From Thermoanaerobaculia bacterium (GTDB lineage: Bacteria > Acidobacteriota > Thermoanaerobaculia > Multivoradales > Multivoraceae): a stretch of 64,000 nucleotides of DNA. Made by a program: the position numbers and the translations under genes. The DNA lies in assembly GCA_963666565.1 (NCBI GenBank), contig OY762911.1, positions 2,208,001-2,272,000 on the forward strand. The letters are read 5' to 3'. The notes under the pieces were generated by a model. It searched no databases, was not told where the DNA came from, and was given only the letters and a program-made list of their open reading frames with translations. This document shows positions 36,026 through 45,267 of this stretch, in pieces. Each line of letters opens with the position of its first letter. Within the stretch, counting starts at the first letter, position 1.

Positions 36026-38466
36026 GCGCGCCCGGGGTTCTGGATGACGGCTCGCCGGACGACCGGTCGCTGGAGCCCTATCTCGACGCGCTGCGCGCGC
36101 TCCACGAACGGCTGGACGAGGGCCTCTCCTTCAGCGGCAGCGAACGGAACTGCGTCTTCCTGAACCTGGGGAACGCCGGGCCGAACCGGGGCGGCGCTGG
36201 CAGCGCGGGCGGCGCTTTCGCCAACGCCTCGGCGGTGAGCGGCCTGGACTTCCCTGACGACGGGCGCGGCGTCGCCTTCCTCGACCTGGAGGGCGACGGC
36301 GACCTGGACGTGGCGCTCGGCAACCGGACCGCGCCCCGGCTGCGGTTGATGCGGAACGAACTGCCGGCGGGCGACCGGTTCGTGGCGCTGCGCCTGGAAG
36401 GCGACGGCGCCGGCACGAACCGGGACGCGGTGGGCGCGCGGGTGGAACTGGCGACGACGGACGGTGTCCTGCGGCGCTCGGTGCGCGCCGGCGAGGGCTT
36501 CCTCTCGCAGTCCAGCCGCTGGCTGCACTTCGGCCTGGGCGACGCGGACGTGGCGAGCGGCGTGACGGTCCACTGGCCCGGCGGCGCCGGCGAGACGTTC
36601 GCCGGCGTCGAGGCCGGCGGCCGCTACCGGATCGTCCAGGGCAGCGGCCGGGCGGAGGCGGCGCCCGCGCCGGCGCGGCGGACGCCGCTCGAGCCGCGGG
36701 ACCAGGCGCCGCCCGCGCCGAGCACGGGTTCCCGCGTCGTGCTGGCGCCGCGGCCGCCGGCGCCTTCCTTCACGCTTCGCCCCTTCGGCGCCTCGGAACC
36801 GGTCCCGGTCGAGGCGGGCCGCGGCCGGCCGGTGCTGCTCAACGTCTGGGCAAGCTGGTGCGCTCCCTGCCGGTCGGAACTGCGGGACCTGGCGACCGAG
36901 GAGGACGCGCTGCGCGCCGCGGGCCTGGAGGTCGCGGCCGTTTCGACAGACGGGATGGGCGAGGTGCCCGGCACGACGGAAGAGGCGGCGCGGAAGTTCA
37001 TGGACGAGGTCGGCTTCCCGTTCCTGAACGGAATGGCGACCGAGGAGACGCTGGACAAGGTCGAGATCGTCAAGAGGTCGCTCTTCGACCGCCGCTTCCC
37101 GCTGTCGCTGCCGTTCTCCCTGCTGATCGACGGCGAGGGCCGGGTCGCCGCGCTCTACCGGGGCGGCGTGGCCGCGGACGATCTGCTTACGGATCTCGAA
37201 CTGCTGGACGCGCCGGCTGCCGACCTGCGGACCGAGTCGGCGCCGTTCCCCGGCCGCTGGTACACCGATCCCCCGGAAGAGGTGTCGCTCGCGAGCTACG
37301 CGCGCTGGTACGAGGAGCGGTTCCCCGCCGAGTCGGTGGCCCTGCTGCGGCGCTCCGTGGAGGTCGAGCGGGCGCTCCTCGGCGCCGCCGGCGCGGCCTC
37401 GTTCGAGCGGCAGGGCGCGCGGGACCGCTTGTTCAGGTCGCTCCGGCGGCTGACCGTGCTGGAGAGCCGGGGCGGGAACGGCGAGGCCGCGGCCCGCTAC
37501 GCCCGCGCCGCCCTCGACCTGGAACCGGACGACCCGGCTGCACGGGCGGCTTACGAGAACGCCCGGGTCGACGCCGGCGACGTGGACGCCGTGCGCGCGG
37601 AAGTCGAGGCCGCGCTCGCGGCCGACCCTGGCAACGTCGCCGCCCGGGTCCGGCTGGCCGAACTGCTCGACGCCGAGGGCCGCACGGGCGAGGCGGTGCG
37701 GGAGCTCGGCCGCGCCGTCGACCGGAGCCCGCGCGACGTGGAACTGCGTTACCTCTACGGCCAGTTGCTCGGCAAGGCGGAGCGCCTGCGGGAGGCGATG
37801 GAGCAGTTCGCGGCGGTCGTCACCCTCGACCCGCGCCACGTCGAAGCGCACCGGGTCCTGGCGGAAGCCGCCGTGCGCAGCGACGAACTCGGGGCCGCCT
37901 GGGGCCACTACCGTGCGATCCTCGACGTCGAGCCGCGGGACGTGGAGGCGCTCTACGGCGCGGCCCGCATCGCCGCCGCCGCGGGCCGCCTGGACGAGGC
38001 CATCGACGGCTACCGGGCGCTTCTGGAACACGAACCCGGCCACGCGGCGGGCCGCCACGAACTCGGCCTCGCCCTGATCCGCGGCGGCCCCGCCGGCGCC
38101 GCCGAGGGCGCGGAACACCTCCGCCGCGCCTACGTGGAGGACCGGAACCTCCTGGCGCGAGGCAACGACATTGCCTGGACCCTGGCCACCCACCCGGACG
38201 CCGGCCGGCGCGACGGTCAGCTCGCCCTCCTGATCGCCCTGGAACTGAACGCCGTCGCCGGCGGCGCCGAGCCGGCCCTGCTTGAGACCCTGGCCGCCGC
38301 CCAGGCCGAGACCGGCGACTTCGAGACGGCGGCGCGGACCGTCGAGTCGGCGCTCCGGATCGTCGGCGCCGCGGAGGGCGCCTCGTCCGACCGGGAGCGG
38401 TTGATCGAGATGCTGAGGCGGAGACTCGAGCAGTACCGGCACGGGATCCCCGCGCGGGGCCGGTAG
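36019..38466 (+). CDS. FG-GAP end + ASPIC/UnbV + TlpA-like thioredoxin (WCAPC) + TPR; C-terminal part of the predicted selenoprotein
   Basis: DLEGDGDLDV, NRDAVGARV, GEGFLSQSSRWLHFGLG, LLNVWASWCAPC and TPRs. Same frame as 34129, with no RBS or signal peptide of its own. Confidence 0.88.
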   Translation: MPRAPGVLDDGSPDDRSLEPYLDALRALHERLDEGLSFSGSERNCVFLNLGNAGPNRGGAGSAGGAFANASAVSGLDFPDDGRGVAFLDLEGDGDLDVALGNRTAPRLRLMRNELPAGDRFVALRLEGDGAGTNRDAVGARVELATTDGVLRRSVRAGEGFLSQSSRWLHFGLGDADVASGVTVHWPGGAGETFAGVEAGGRYRIVQGSGRAEAAPAPARRTPLEPRDQAPPAPSTGSRVVLAPRPPAPSFTLRPFGASEPVPVEAGRGRPVLLNVWASWCAPCRSELRDLATEEDALRAAGLEVAAVSTDGMGEVPGTTEEAARKFMDEVGFPFLNGMATEETLDKVEIVKRSLFDRRFPLSLPFSLLIDGEGRVAALYRGGVAADDLLTDLELLDAPAADLRTESAPFPGRWYTDPPEEVSLASYARWYEERFPAESVALLRRSVEVERALLGAAGAASFERQGARDRLFRSLRRLTVLESRGGNGEAAARYARAALDLEPDDPAARAAYENARVDAGDVDAVRAEVEAALAADPGNVAARVRLAELLDAEGRTGEAVRELGRAVDRSPRDVELRYLYGQLLGKAERLREAMEQFAAVVTLDPRHVEAHRVLAEAAVRSDELGAAWGHYRAILDVEPRDVEALYGAARIAAAAGRLDEAIDGYRALLEHEPGHAAGRHELGLALIRGGPAGAAEGAEHLRRAYVEDRNLLARGNDIAWTLATHPDAGRRDGQLALLIALELNAVAGGAEPALLETLAAAQAETGDFETAARTVESALRIVGAAEGASSDRERLIEMLRRRLEQYRHGIPARGR

Positions 38467-38496
38467 TGCCGGCGGGGAGGGGCGGGCCGGGTGGCC

Positions 38497-38650
38497 TATA
38501 CTCCGCGCCGTGATCCCCGTTGGTCTGGCGGGAACCCAGGTCGGGTTACTCGCCGAATACAAGAGTCCGCTGTACCCGGCAAGGGGTAGCTCCCCAAGCC
38601 CAGGGCGAATAGGCGAGAACGTCGTGCTCGTCAGACAGCGCGGGGATCAC
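38497..38650 (+). ncRNA. Candidate structured RNA / cis-regulatory leader (copy 1), preceded by TATACT
   Basis: Closing stem GTGATCCCCG/CGGGGATCAC and internal hairpins that are conserved with compensatory changes in copy 2 at 44051-44152. Family not recognised. Confidence 0.5.
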
Positions 38651-38702
38651 AATGGCCCGACGCCAGTTCCGGCGTCGGGACCTCGACGTAGGAGTGATCC
38701 CC

Positions 38703-39362
38703 ATGCGTCGTACTCGCGCCGCGAGCGCCGTCCTGATCGAACACCTGATCGACGGAGCGAACCACGTCGGCCACCTCCACGTGGACTCCGAGGGCAGGAT
38801 CCTGGAGCGGAACGCCCGTGCCCGGGAGTTTCTGAAGAGCGGGCGGGGCGTTCGAGAGCGCCGCGGCCGCCTGACGGCCGCCAGTCCCGAGGACGCTGAA
38901 GCGCTCGAACGCCTGCTGGCGGACGCGTCGCAAGGCGCCGGCCGGACGTCCGTCGCCTTCGGCACGCCGGAGGGCCGTCGCGTGGTCGTCCACCTGGCGC
39001 CGGTCGTCGACGGCGCGGCCCATGACTGCGGCGTCGACGGGCAGCGGGCCGCGGCGTGCGTCCTGCTGGTCGATCCGTGGGGCGAGATCTCCCTGAACCC
39101 CGAGACCCTGGTGGACGCGCTGGGACTCACGCGGGCGCAGAGCCGCGTGGTTGCCGATCTCGTTCGAGGTATGACCACTCGGGAGATCGCGGAGGCGACG
39201 GCGCGGACCCACGGGGCCGTGCGGTGGCACGTCAAGCGGGCTCTTGAGAGGACCGAGGTGCGGAGGCAATCCGATCTGGTTCGGCTGGCGGTGGCCGCGA
39301 CTTCACTTCGGCTCGTGGATCGGGAGGCGGACACATCCTCCCGTCCCTGCCCATTCGGGTAG
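38703..39362 (+). CDS. PAS-like + LuxR-type helix-turn-helix transcriptional regulator
   Basis: VDSEGRILERNARAREFL and LGLTRAQSRVVADLVRGMTTREIAEATARTHGAVRWHVK...RQSDLV. Start 38652 or 38703. Confidence 0.8.
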   Translation: MRRTRAASAVLIEHLIDGANHVGHLHVDSEGRILERNARAREFLKSGRGVRERRGRLTAASPEDAEALERLLADASQGAGRTSVAFGTPEGRRVVVHLAPVVDGAAHDCGVDGQRAAACVLLVDPWGEISLNPETLVDALGLTRAQSRVVADLVRGMTTREIAEATARTHGAVRWHVKRALERTEVRRQSDLVRLAVAATSLRLVDREADTSSRPCPFG

Positions 39363-39502
39363 CGACAAGCCGGCGGCGCGCGTGGAACGCTCCCCGGCTT
39401 GAACGTCAGCCTTTGCTGCCCGCGCTGGGCAGGAAGCCGTCGAACCCACGAGGTGGGAAAGAGAGCGGTACCGACAACCGGTTCGCCGCGCTGGAGACCG
39501 TC

Positions 39503-42265
39503 ATGAACCGAACGCCCATTCACCTGCTGACCCTGGCCGCGGTCCTGACGCTGCCGGCCACTGCTGGCGCCCAAGCGCCGGCCCTTCCGATCGACGAACT
39601 GATGGTGTCCCGGTCGTCGGTGATCGTCTTCGGCGAGATCCGGTCGGCCGGATTGACGTCGAGCGAGCACTCGTTCACGGACAGCCTTCTGGAAGTGGAA
39701 GACGTGTTGAAGGGTGGGGTCGCGGGCAGCCAGATTGTGGTGCGGCACCCCGGCGGCCCGGGCGAGGGGTACGCCGGGGAACGACCACTCCTGGCCGAGG
39801 GCAATCGAGTGCTGCTGTTCCTGGGTGACGAAGAGAGCGGCGCCTACTCGATCGTGGAGTATCCCCTCGGGATCTTCTGGGAGGCGCGCATGGGCCACCG
39901 ATCCTTGCTCCTGGGCTGGGGAGCAGCGGCGGGCCCCGGCGTTCCGGCGGCCACTGAGCCGGGTTCGTGGCAACGTCCGCGGGACGGCGCTCGCTTCCGC
40001 CAGTGGATCGCCGATCGGGTGGCCGGCGTCGAGCCGCCAGCCGCGCACTTCACGACCTCGACTTCCGGCACCGAAGCTCCGGTGGGATCCCCGGAGGCCA
40101 CCACCTCGCTTTGCACGCCGACATCCGACGCGTTCCAACTCGACGGAGGCTACCGGGTTCGGCTGTGCTACAGAACGCCGCAGAACGATGTCGGGCAGGG
40201 CCGATCCGGCATCTGGGCCTCCGGTCAGGCTGGCCTCTTCTGGTTCTTCAGCCGCGACAACCCCGAAGCCCTGATCAAGGTCGTGGACGGTTGCGCCTTC
40301 AACCAGCACCGATGGGTCTTCTTCGCTCCCGTTACCGACCTCGGTCTTCACCTGCAGGTATTGGGTCGGACCAAGACCTGGACGTACACGAACCCGGTCG
40401 GCAGAACAGCGCCGGCGGCGGCCGACACCGCGGCGTTCTTCTGTGCTCAGGAAGACGGCGGCCGTCCGCCGGACGGCGGCGATCCGCCGGACGACGGAAC
40501 CGACGACCCGAAGCCAGGCGAGACGTTCCGGGACAATCTTCGTTCGGGCGGTTCGGGGCCCGAACTGGTGGTGATTCCGGCTGGGACCTTCCAGATGGGC
40601 TGCTTTTCGGGCGTGACTTGCCACGACAACGAGAAGCCGGTGCATTCGGTGACGATTCCGAACGTGCTGGCGGTCGGCAAGTACGAGGTGACGTTCGCGG
40701 AATGGGACGCCTGCGTTGCGGCTGGCTCGTGCAACCATCGTCCTTCGGACAGATGGGGACGCGGATCGCATCCGGTGATGGGTGTCTCGTGGAACGACAC
40801 GAAGGACTACATGCGGTGGCTCTCGCAGGAAACGGGCGAGATCTACCGCCTGTTGAGCGAGTCGGAGTGGGAGTACGCGGCTCGCGCGGGTTCGAGGACC
40901 GCCTACTTCTGGGGAAACGAAATCGACCGTGGTCGCGCGAACTACGGCAGCTCGCGGACCGTTCCTGTCGGCTCGTTCGGTCCAAACGGATTCGGTTTGC
41001 ACGACATGCACGGGAACGTGTGGGAGTGGGCTGAGGACTGCTGGAACGACAGCTACAAGGGCGCGCCTTCAGACGGGAGCGCGTGGCTTTCGGCTGACGA
41101 TTGCTCCCTCCGCGTTTTCCGCGGCGGTTCCTGGGCCGACAGACCGGTGTATGTCCGCTCGGCGAAGCGCGGTTGGAGCCCCGCCGATCACCGAGACTTC
41201 AACATCGGCTTCCGCGTGGCCCGGATGTTCGCCAGAGGGAGCGGAAAGACGGGTCCGGACCTGGTCGTCGAGCCGCCATCGGTCGACAAGACCGAGGTGA
41301 GGCCGAACGAGGTGTTCACCATCAGGGTCAACGTCGTCAACCGGGGCAACGCGACTTCCGATGCCACCACGTTGCGGTACTACCAGTCAAGGGACCGCAC
41401 GATCGACCGCTCGGAGGACCTCGACGTTGGCACCGACCGTGTGGATTCGTTGGCTGCTGGCCGCGGCAGCACGGAGGGCGGTCCCTTGAGGGCGCCATCG
41501 ACTGCCGGCACCTACTACTTCGGCGCCTGCGTGGACTCGGTAGCGGGAGACTCGGACAGGAGCAACGACTGTTCCAGTGGGGTGCGAGTGACAGTGAGTA
41601 TGACCGGCGGCGATCCTGGATTCAACCTGGCGTCCGAGAACGCGTCGCCCAGAGGGATCACGTATGCCGGAGGCCGCTTCTTCGTGGTGGACTCCAGTGA
41701 CGAAGAGGTCTACGCCTATCGTTCAGACGGACGGCGCTACGCGAGCCTGGACTTCGACCTGCGTTCGGTCAACACGGACCCTCAGGGAATCGCCTACAAC
41801 CGGAGCGTCTTCTACGTGGTCGACGTTGGAGACGAGAAGGTGTACGCCTACCGCGACGGACGTCGGTACGCCGGCGGGGAGTTCGACCTGCATCCCGCCA
41901 ACGCATCCGCGTCGGGAATCGTGTGCGCGGCGGGTCGCTTCTACGTGGCGGACCTGAGCGACGGGAAGGTGTACGCCTATCGCGGTTCGGATGGGCGCCG
42001 AGAGACCGGCGCGGAGTTCAACTTGGCTGGCGCCAACGGATATCCGTCGGGAATCGCCTACTCCGGAAGCCGCTTCTACGTGGTGGACCGCGACGACGAC
42101 AAGGTGTACGCCTACCGCGCTTCGGACGGGAGGCGGGACTCTGGCGCGGAGTTCAAACTGGATGGCGCCAACGGCGACCCTGACGGAGTGGTCTACTACG
42201 ACGGCAAGCTCTTCGTCGTCGATTCCCGTGACGACAAGGTGTACGTTTACTCCTTGGGTGGCTAG
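39503..42265 (+). CDS. Large secreted modular protein: N-domain, Cys-flanked 'DGC' domain, FGE-sulfatase (SUMF1/EgtB-like) domain, CARDB-like domain, NHL-like repeats
   Basis: GGAG RBS and signal peptide; LFWFFSRDNPEALIKVVDGC; LSESEWEYAARAG, GLHDMHGNVWEW and RGGSW...GFRVAR; PDLVV...VVNRGN; five GIxY...FYVVD..D.KVYAY repeats. Confidence 0.85.
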   Translation: MNRTPIHLLTLAAVLTLPATAGAQAPALPIDELMVSRSSVIVFGEIRSAGLTSSEHSFTDSLLEVEDVLKGGVAGSQIVVRHPGGPGEGYAGERPLLAEGNRVLLFLGDEESGAYSIVEYPLGIFWEARMGHRSLLLGWGAAAGPGVPAATEPGSWQRPRDGARFRQWIADRVAGVEPPAAHFTTSTSGTEAPVGSPEATTSLCTPTSDAFQLDGGYRVRLCYRTPQNDVGQGRSGIWASGQAGLFWFFSRDNPEALIKVVDGCAFNQHRWVFFAPVTDLGLHLQVLGRTKTWTYTNPVGRTAPAAADTAAFFCAQEDGGRPPDGGDPPDDGTDDPKPGETFRDNLRSGGSGPELVVIPAGTFQMGCFSGVTCHDNEKPVHSVTIPNVLAVGKYEVTFAEWDACVAAGSCNHRPSDRWGRGSHPVMGVSWNDTKDYMRWLSQETGEIYRLLSESEWEYAARAGSRTAYFWGNEIDRGRANYGSSRTVPVGSFGPNGFGLHDMHGNVWEWAEDCWNDSYKGAPSDGSAWLSADDCSLRVFRGGSWADRPVYVRSAKRGWSPADHRDFNIGFRVARMFARGSGKTGPDLVVEPPSVDKTEVRPNEVFTIRVNVVNRGNATSDATTLRYYQSRDRTIDRSEDLDVGTDRVDSLAAGRGSTEGGPLRAPSTAGTYYFGACVDSVAGDSDRSNDCSSGVRVTVSMTGGDPGFNLASENASPRGITYAGGRFFVVDSSDEEVYAYRSDGRRYASLDFDLRSVNTDPQGIAYNRSVFYVVDVGDEKVYAYRDGRRYAGGEFDLHPANASASGIVCAAGRFYVADLSDGKVYAYRGSDGRRETGAEFNLAGANGYPSGIAYSGSRFYVVDRDDDKVYAYRASDGRRDSGAEFKLDGANGDPDGVVYYDGKLFVVDSRDDKVYVYSLGG

Positions 42266-42379
42266 GCAGACTCTCCGCGGTCGACTGCGGTCGCCAGAGA
42301 GTTCCGTGGCGCTCCGAGGCGTTTCCGGTGCGCTTACGAGTGCAAACTGAACATGGCTGAGGAGCAGGCAATCGCAGAA

Positions 42380-42604
42380 GTGGAGTCCAACCTGAGTGCG
42401 TACCGCCTAGGCGATCGGCGGGGGCAGCTTCGCCCGCGAGGTCGGCTACCCCGGCCGACCGACTTCCGCCTGGGCCAGCTTCGCCGCCGTACGAGCACGG
42501 ATCCTCGTCTCGATCGGCGCATACCCGCTGTCGGCGCGGGCGTACTCCTCTCGAAACGCCGGATCCTCCATCAGGCGTGCCTTCAGGTCCTTCGGCTTCG
42601 TCAT
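42380..42604 (-). pseudogene. Degraded XRE-family HTH (HigA-like antitoxin) gene
   Basis: GGAG followed by MTKPKDLKARLMEDPAFREEYARAD...IRARTAAKLAQAEV, then a premature stop at 42446 inside the HTH. 3' boundary approximate. Confidence 0.65.
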
Positions 42605-42806
42605 GGCTCCACGTGTCCCCGGTGTGGCCAGCGTCGCCGTGTGTCGCCGTCTGTCGGCCGTCGCGTAGCGTCTCGCCAGCGTCCTCAAATCGCGCATCGT
42701 ACCCGGGCCGCATGCCGCAACCGTCCTTCGTCCCGGTTGAGCGGCAGGATTCCGTCTATGTCTGTAGGCGGCGCAGTCTGCGCCGTCGATCCCGCCAGCC
42801 CTCCCG

Positions 42807-43832
42807 ATGTCCGAGAAACCGAAATCGCCGAGCCAGTCGAGGCGGATCGCCCAACCCCACGACGCTCTGTTCCGGCGCGTGTTCTCCGAGCCGGCGCAGG
42901 CCGCCGCCCTGTTGCGCGAGTCCCTGCCCGCGGCCGTGCGGGACCGCTTCGACTGGAACACGCTGAGGCGCCTCCCGGACACCTTCGTCGACGAACGGCT
43001 CCGGCGGACCGAATCCGATCTCCTGTTCGAGGTCGACCAGCCGGGCGGCGAACCGCCGGCGCGGCTCTACGTGCTGATCGAGCATCAGTCCTCGCCCGAC
43101 CCGTTCATGGCGCTGCGCCTGCTGCGCTACTGCACCAGCATCCTGGAGGCGGCGGTCCGCGAGGCACCGGAGCGGAAGCGCCTTCCGCCGGTTCTGCCCG
43201 TCGTGTTCCACCAGGGGCGGCGTCCCTGGCCGTATCCGGCGTCTCTCGACGGGTTGTTGGGGGAATCGGCGCGTGAACTGCCCTGGGGGCCGCGGCTCGA
43301 CTTCCTGCTGCTGGACCAGGGCGCCGGCGGGACGTCCACGGTGGTGGGCTCGCCCCTGGGCCGGCTGGCGCAGTATCTGATGCTCGCCGTCTCGGGGCCG
43401 GAGTCCGAGCGGTCGGCGGCTCTTGAGCGGGCGGTGGAGTTGATGCGAGACTTGTGGTCGGCCGAGAGGCGGTACGACCTTGAGGTGGTCTACAGCTACG
43501 TGTTCGGCGGAAAGGAGGACCCGACCGTGATGGAGACAGTCGATGCGATGCTGAAGGAGATCGAGGCGAGGAGTCCGGACAAGCCGAAGAGCTTGGCCCA
43601 GTACGTCTGGGAGAACGGGCAGAGAAGAGGCCGGGCGGAAGGCCGCTCGGAAGGCCGTGCGGAGGGGGTCCGGCTCGGCGAACGCCGCGCCACGCTTGCG
43701 ACGGTCGAGGGCTTGCTGCGGGCGGGCGTGGACTGGCCGGTGATCAAGTCGGCGACCGGCCTCGACCGGCGCGGGTTCGACGCGCTCAAGGAGAAGCTGG
43801 GTTCCGGCCGGTCCGGACCAGCGGCGAGATAG
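42807..43832 (+). CDS. Rpn-family recombination-promoting nuclease / putative transposase (copy 1)
   Basis: PHDALFRRVF, SDLLF, YVLIEHQSSPDPFMALRLLRY, LPPVLPVVFHQG and C-terminal GRAEG repeats. Confidence 0.93.
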   Translation: MSEKPKSPSQSRRIAQPHDALFRRVFSEPAQAAALLRESLPAAVRDRFDWNTLRRLPDTFVDERLRRTESDLLFEVDQPGGEPPARLYVLIEHQSSPDPFMALRLLRYCTSILEAAVREAPERKRLPPVLPVVFHQGRRPWPYPASLDGLLGESARELPWGPRLDFLLLDQGAGGTSTVVGSPLGRLAQYLMLAVSGPESERSAALERAVELMRDLWSAERRYDLEVVYSYVFGGKEDPTVMETVDAMLKEIEARSPDKPKSLAQYVWENGQRRGRAEGRSEGRAEGVRLGERRATLATVEGLLRAGVDWPVIKSATGLDRRGFDALKEKLGSGRSGPAAR

Positions 43833-44050
43833 GCGCTACGCGGCCGCGACGTCGAGGGCCATGATACTGCGGGTTTCCTCGCTGAAATCGACGCTGATCG
43901 ACGGGAGGAACCTCCGATTGTACAGCCTTAGGTGTGGCACGGTCGGCCGTGGCGACATCGTTCGCCAGCGACTTCCGGCTGGGGACGTCTGGCTGGGTGT
44001 CCGGTGGCGGAACGCGGGCGGACGGGCCGTTGGCGCCGGGGGCGATGCCC

Positions 44051-44152
44051 TATACTCCGCGCCGTGATCCCCGTTGGCGTGGCGGGAACCCGGGCTGGTT
44101 CGCTCGCCGAACACAAGAGCCTGCCGTATCCGGCTGGCATGGGTAGCTCCCC
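44051..44152 (+). repeat. Second, 3'-diverged copy of the structured leader at 38497
   Basis: TATACTCCGCGCCGTGATCCCCGTTGG is identical to copy 1, and similarity continues to GGGTAGCTCCCC. Confidence 0.8.
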
Positions 44153-45191
44153 GCTGTCTTCCGGGCGACTCTCGTCGACTCGACTCGCGTCGTGCGTCGT
44201 TCTCTTTCTGGCCTTGGCGGCTACGGCTGCCGCCCAGGCGCCGGCCGCGTGGATCGACGAGTTGCTGCTGTCCCGGTCGTCGATCGTCGTCTACGGCGAG
44301 GTTCTGTCGACCAGCCGGGCGTCGTCGGGCGATCGCCCGGCCACGGACAGCCTGCTGGAAGTGGAGGATGTGCTGCACCTTCAGGTCACAGGTCCGAACG
44401 AGGAGACGTGGACATACACGAATCCGGTCGGCAGAACGGCACCGACGTCTGCCGATACCGCTGCGTTCCCCTGCGGCGGCGAGCCGGAGGAGGAGCCGCC
44501 GCCCGACGGCCCCGACATCGAGTGCGAGGACCAGAGAACGCTCGCGTTGGGCCACGAGGCCTACTTCGGAGGACGTGGAGTCGTCCGTGAATGGGACGGC
44601 GCCCCGATTCGCGTGGACATCGTGCGGAACTTCCCCGGGTTCGTGACCGACGCGGATCTCCAGGGGCTGCTCGAACCGGTCCGTCGACTCGCGGACCAGA
44701 TCGAAGCGCGGCTCGGCTATCGGATCATCGAAGTGGGCGGAGTGATCGACGTCCCGACCGGCGCGCCAGCGGGCTGGGACCGGGACTTCAATCGCTTCTT
44801 CGAGTCCTGGCGGGTCCGCGAGCGCGGGCAGGTCATCGCGTTCTACATGAACGACGACAACCCCCAGGATTGGGACGGCAGAGGCGGGTCGATCATGAGC
44901 GCTCACGCCTGTTGCGGAACCACGAGCTACAACAAGCGCGCCCTGGGCGCATGGTGGAACGACGGCGATCCGTGTTGCCAGGGAAACGCCAACGGACGCG
45001 ACGGAGCGGTGCTTGTCCACGAGTTGTTTCATCTCCTGAGTTTCAAGCACTCCTACGATCAGCTCGAACTGACCGGAGTCGAGATGTCGCGCGGCGGACT
45101 CGATCGTCCGTGGGTGACCGGTTCCCGGGTCTTCTACGCGACGAATGGCGACGTGGACAATCTCGCGTGCGTATTCCCCGAGGGGGGATGA
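44139..45191 (+). CDS. Secreted protein; internally deleted paralog of 39503 fused to a zinc metallopeptidase-like domain
   Basis: AQAP..IDEL..SRSS and TDSLLEVEDVL joined directly to HLQV...TWTYTNPVGRTAP; HELFHLLSFKH motif. Start uncertain. Confidence 0.75.
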   Translation: MGSSPLSSGRLSSTRLASCVVLFLALAATAAAQAPAAWIDELLLSRSSIVVYGEVLSTSRASSGDRPATDSLLEVEDVLHLQVTGPNEETWTYTNPVGRTAPTSADTAAFPCGGEPEEEPPPDGPDIECEDQRTLALGHEAYFGGRGVVREWDGAPIRVDIVRNFPGFVTDADLQGLLEPVRRLADQIEARLGYRIIEVGGVIDVPTGAPAGWDRDFNRFFESWRVRERGQVIAFYMNDDNPQDWDGRGGSIMSAHACCGTTSYNKRALGAWWNDGDPCCQGNANGRDGAVLVHELFHLLSFKHSYDQLELTGVEMSRGGLDRPWVTGSRVFYATNGDVDNLACVFPEGG

Positions 45192-45267
45192 AGGAGCTGA
45201 AGACGACCGTGAGCTTGAACGCAGACCTGCACTCCGGCCAAGCCTGCCGAGCCGAAGAACGGCAGCC

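Noticed and set aside
34105-38562. Very long antisense and alternate-frame ORFs (e.g. 34105-38562 minus, 20350-23430 minus, 25154-28111 plus)
   Set aside because: Shadow ORFs expected from high GC3 codon bias; Arg/Pro/Ala-rich and without recognisable motifs.
38497-38650. Assignment as c-di-AMP (ydaO) riboswitch, 6S RNA or tRNA-Sec
   Set aside because: Only fragmentary similarity (GCGGGAACCCA) to ydaO; short for 6S; no tRNA arms or UCA anticodon. Left unassigned.
40500-41230. FGE-sulfatase/CLec domain as a diversity-generating retroelement target
   Set aside because: No reverse transcriptase and no second copy (template repeat) of the RGGSW...GFRV region in the window, and the domain is internal rather than C-terminal.
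43836-43940. Short minus-strand tail (…RLYNRRFLPSISVDFSEETRSIMALDVAAA*) as a gene remnant
   Set aside because: Too short and no family recognised; cannot be supported.
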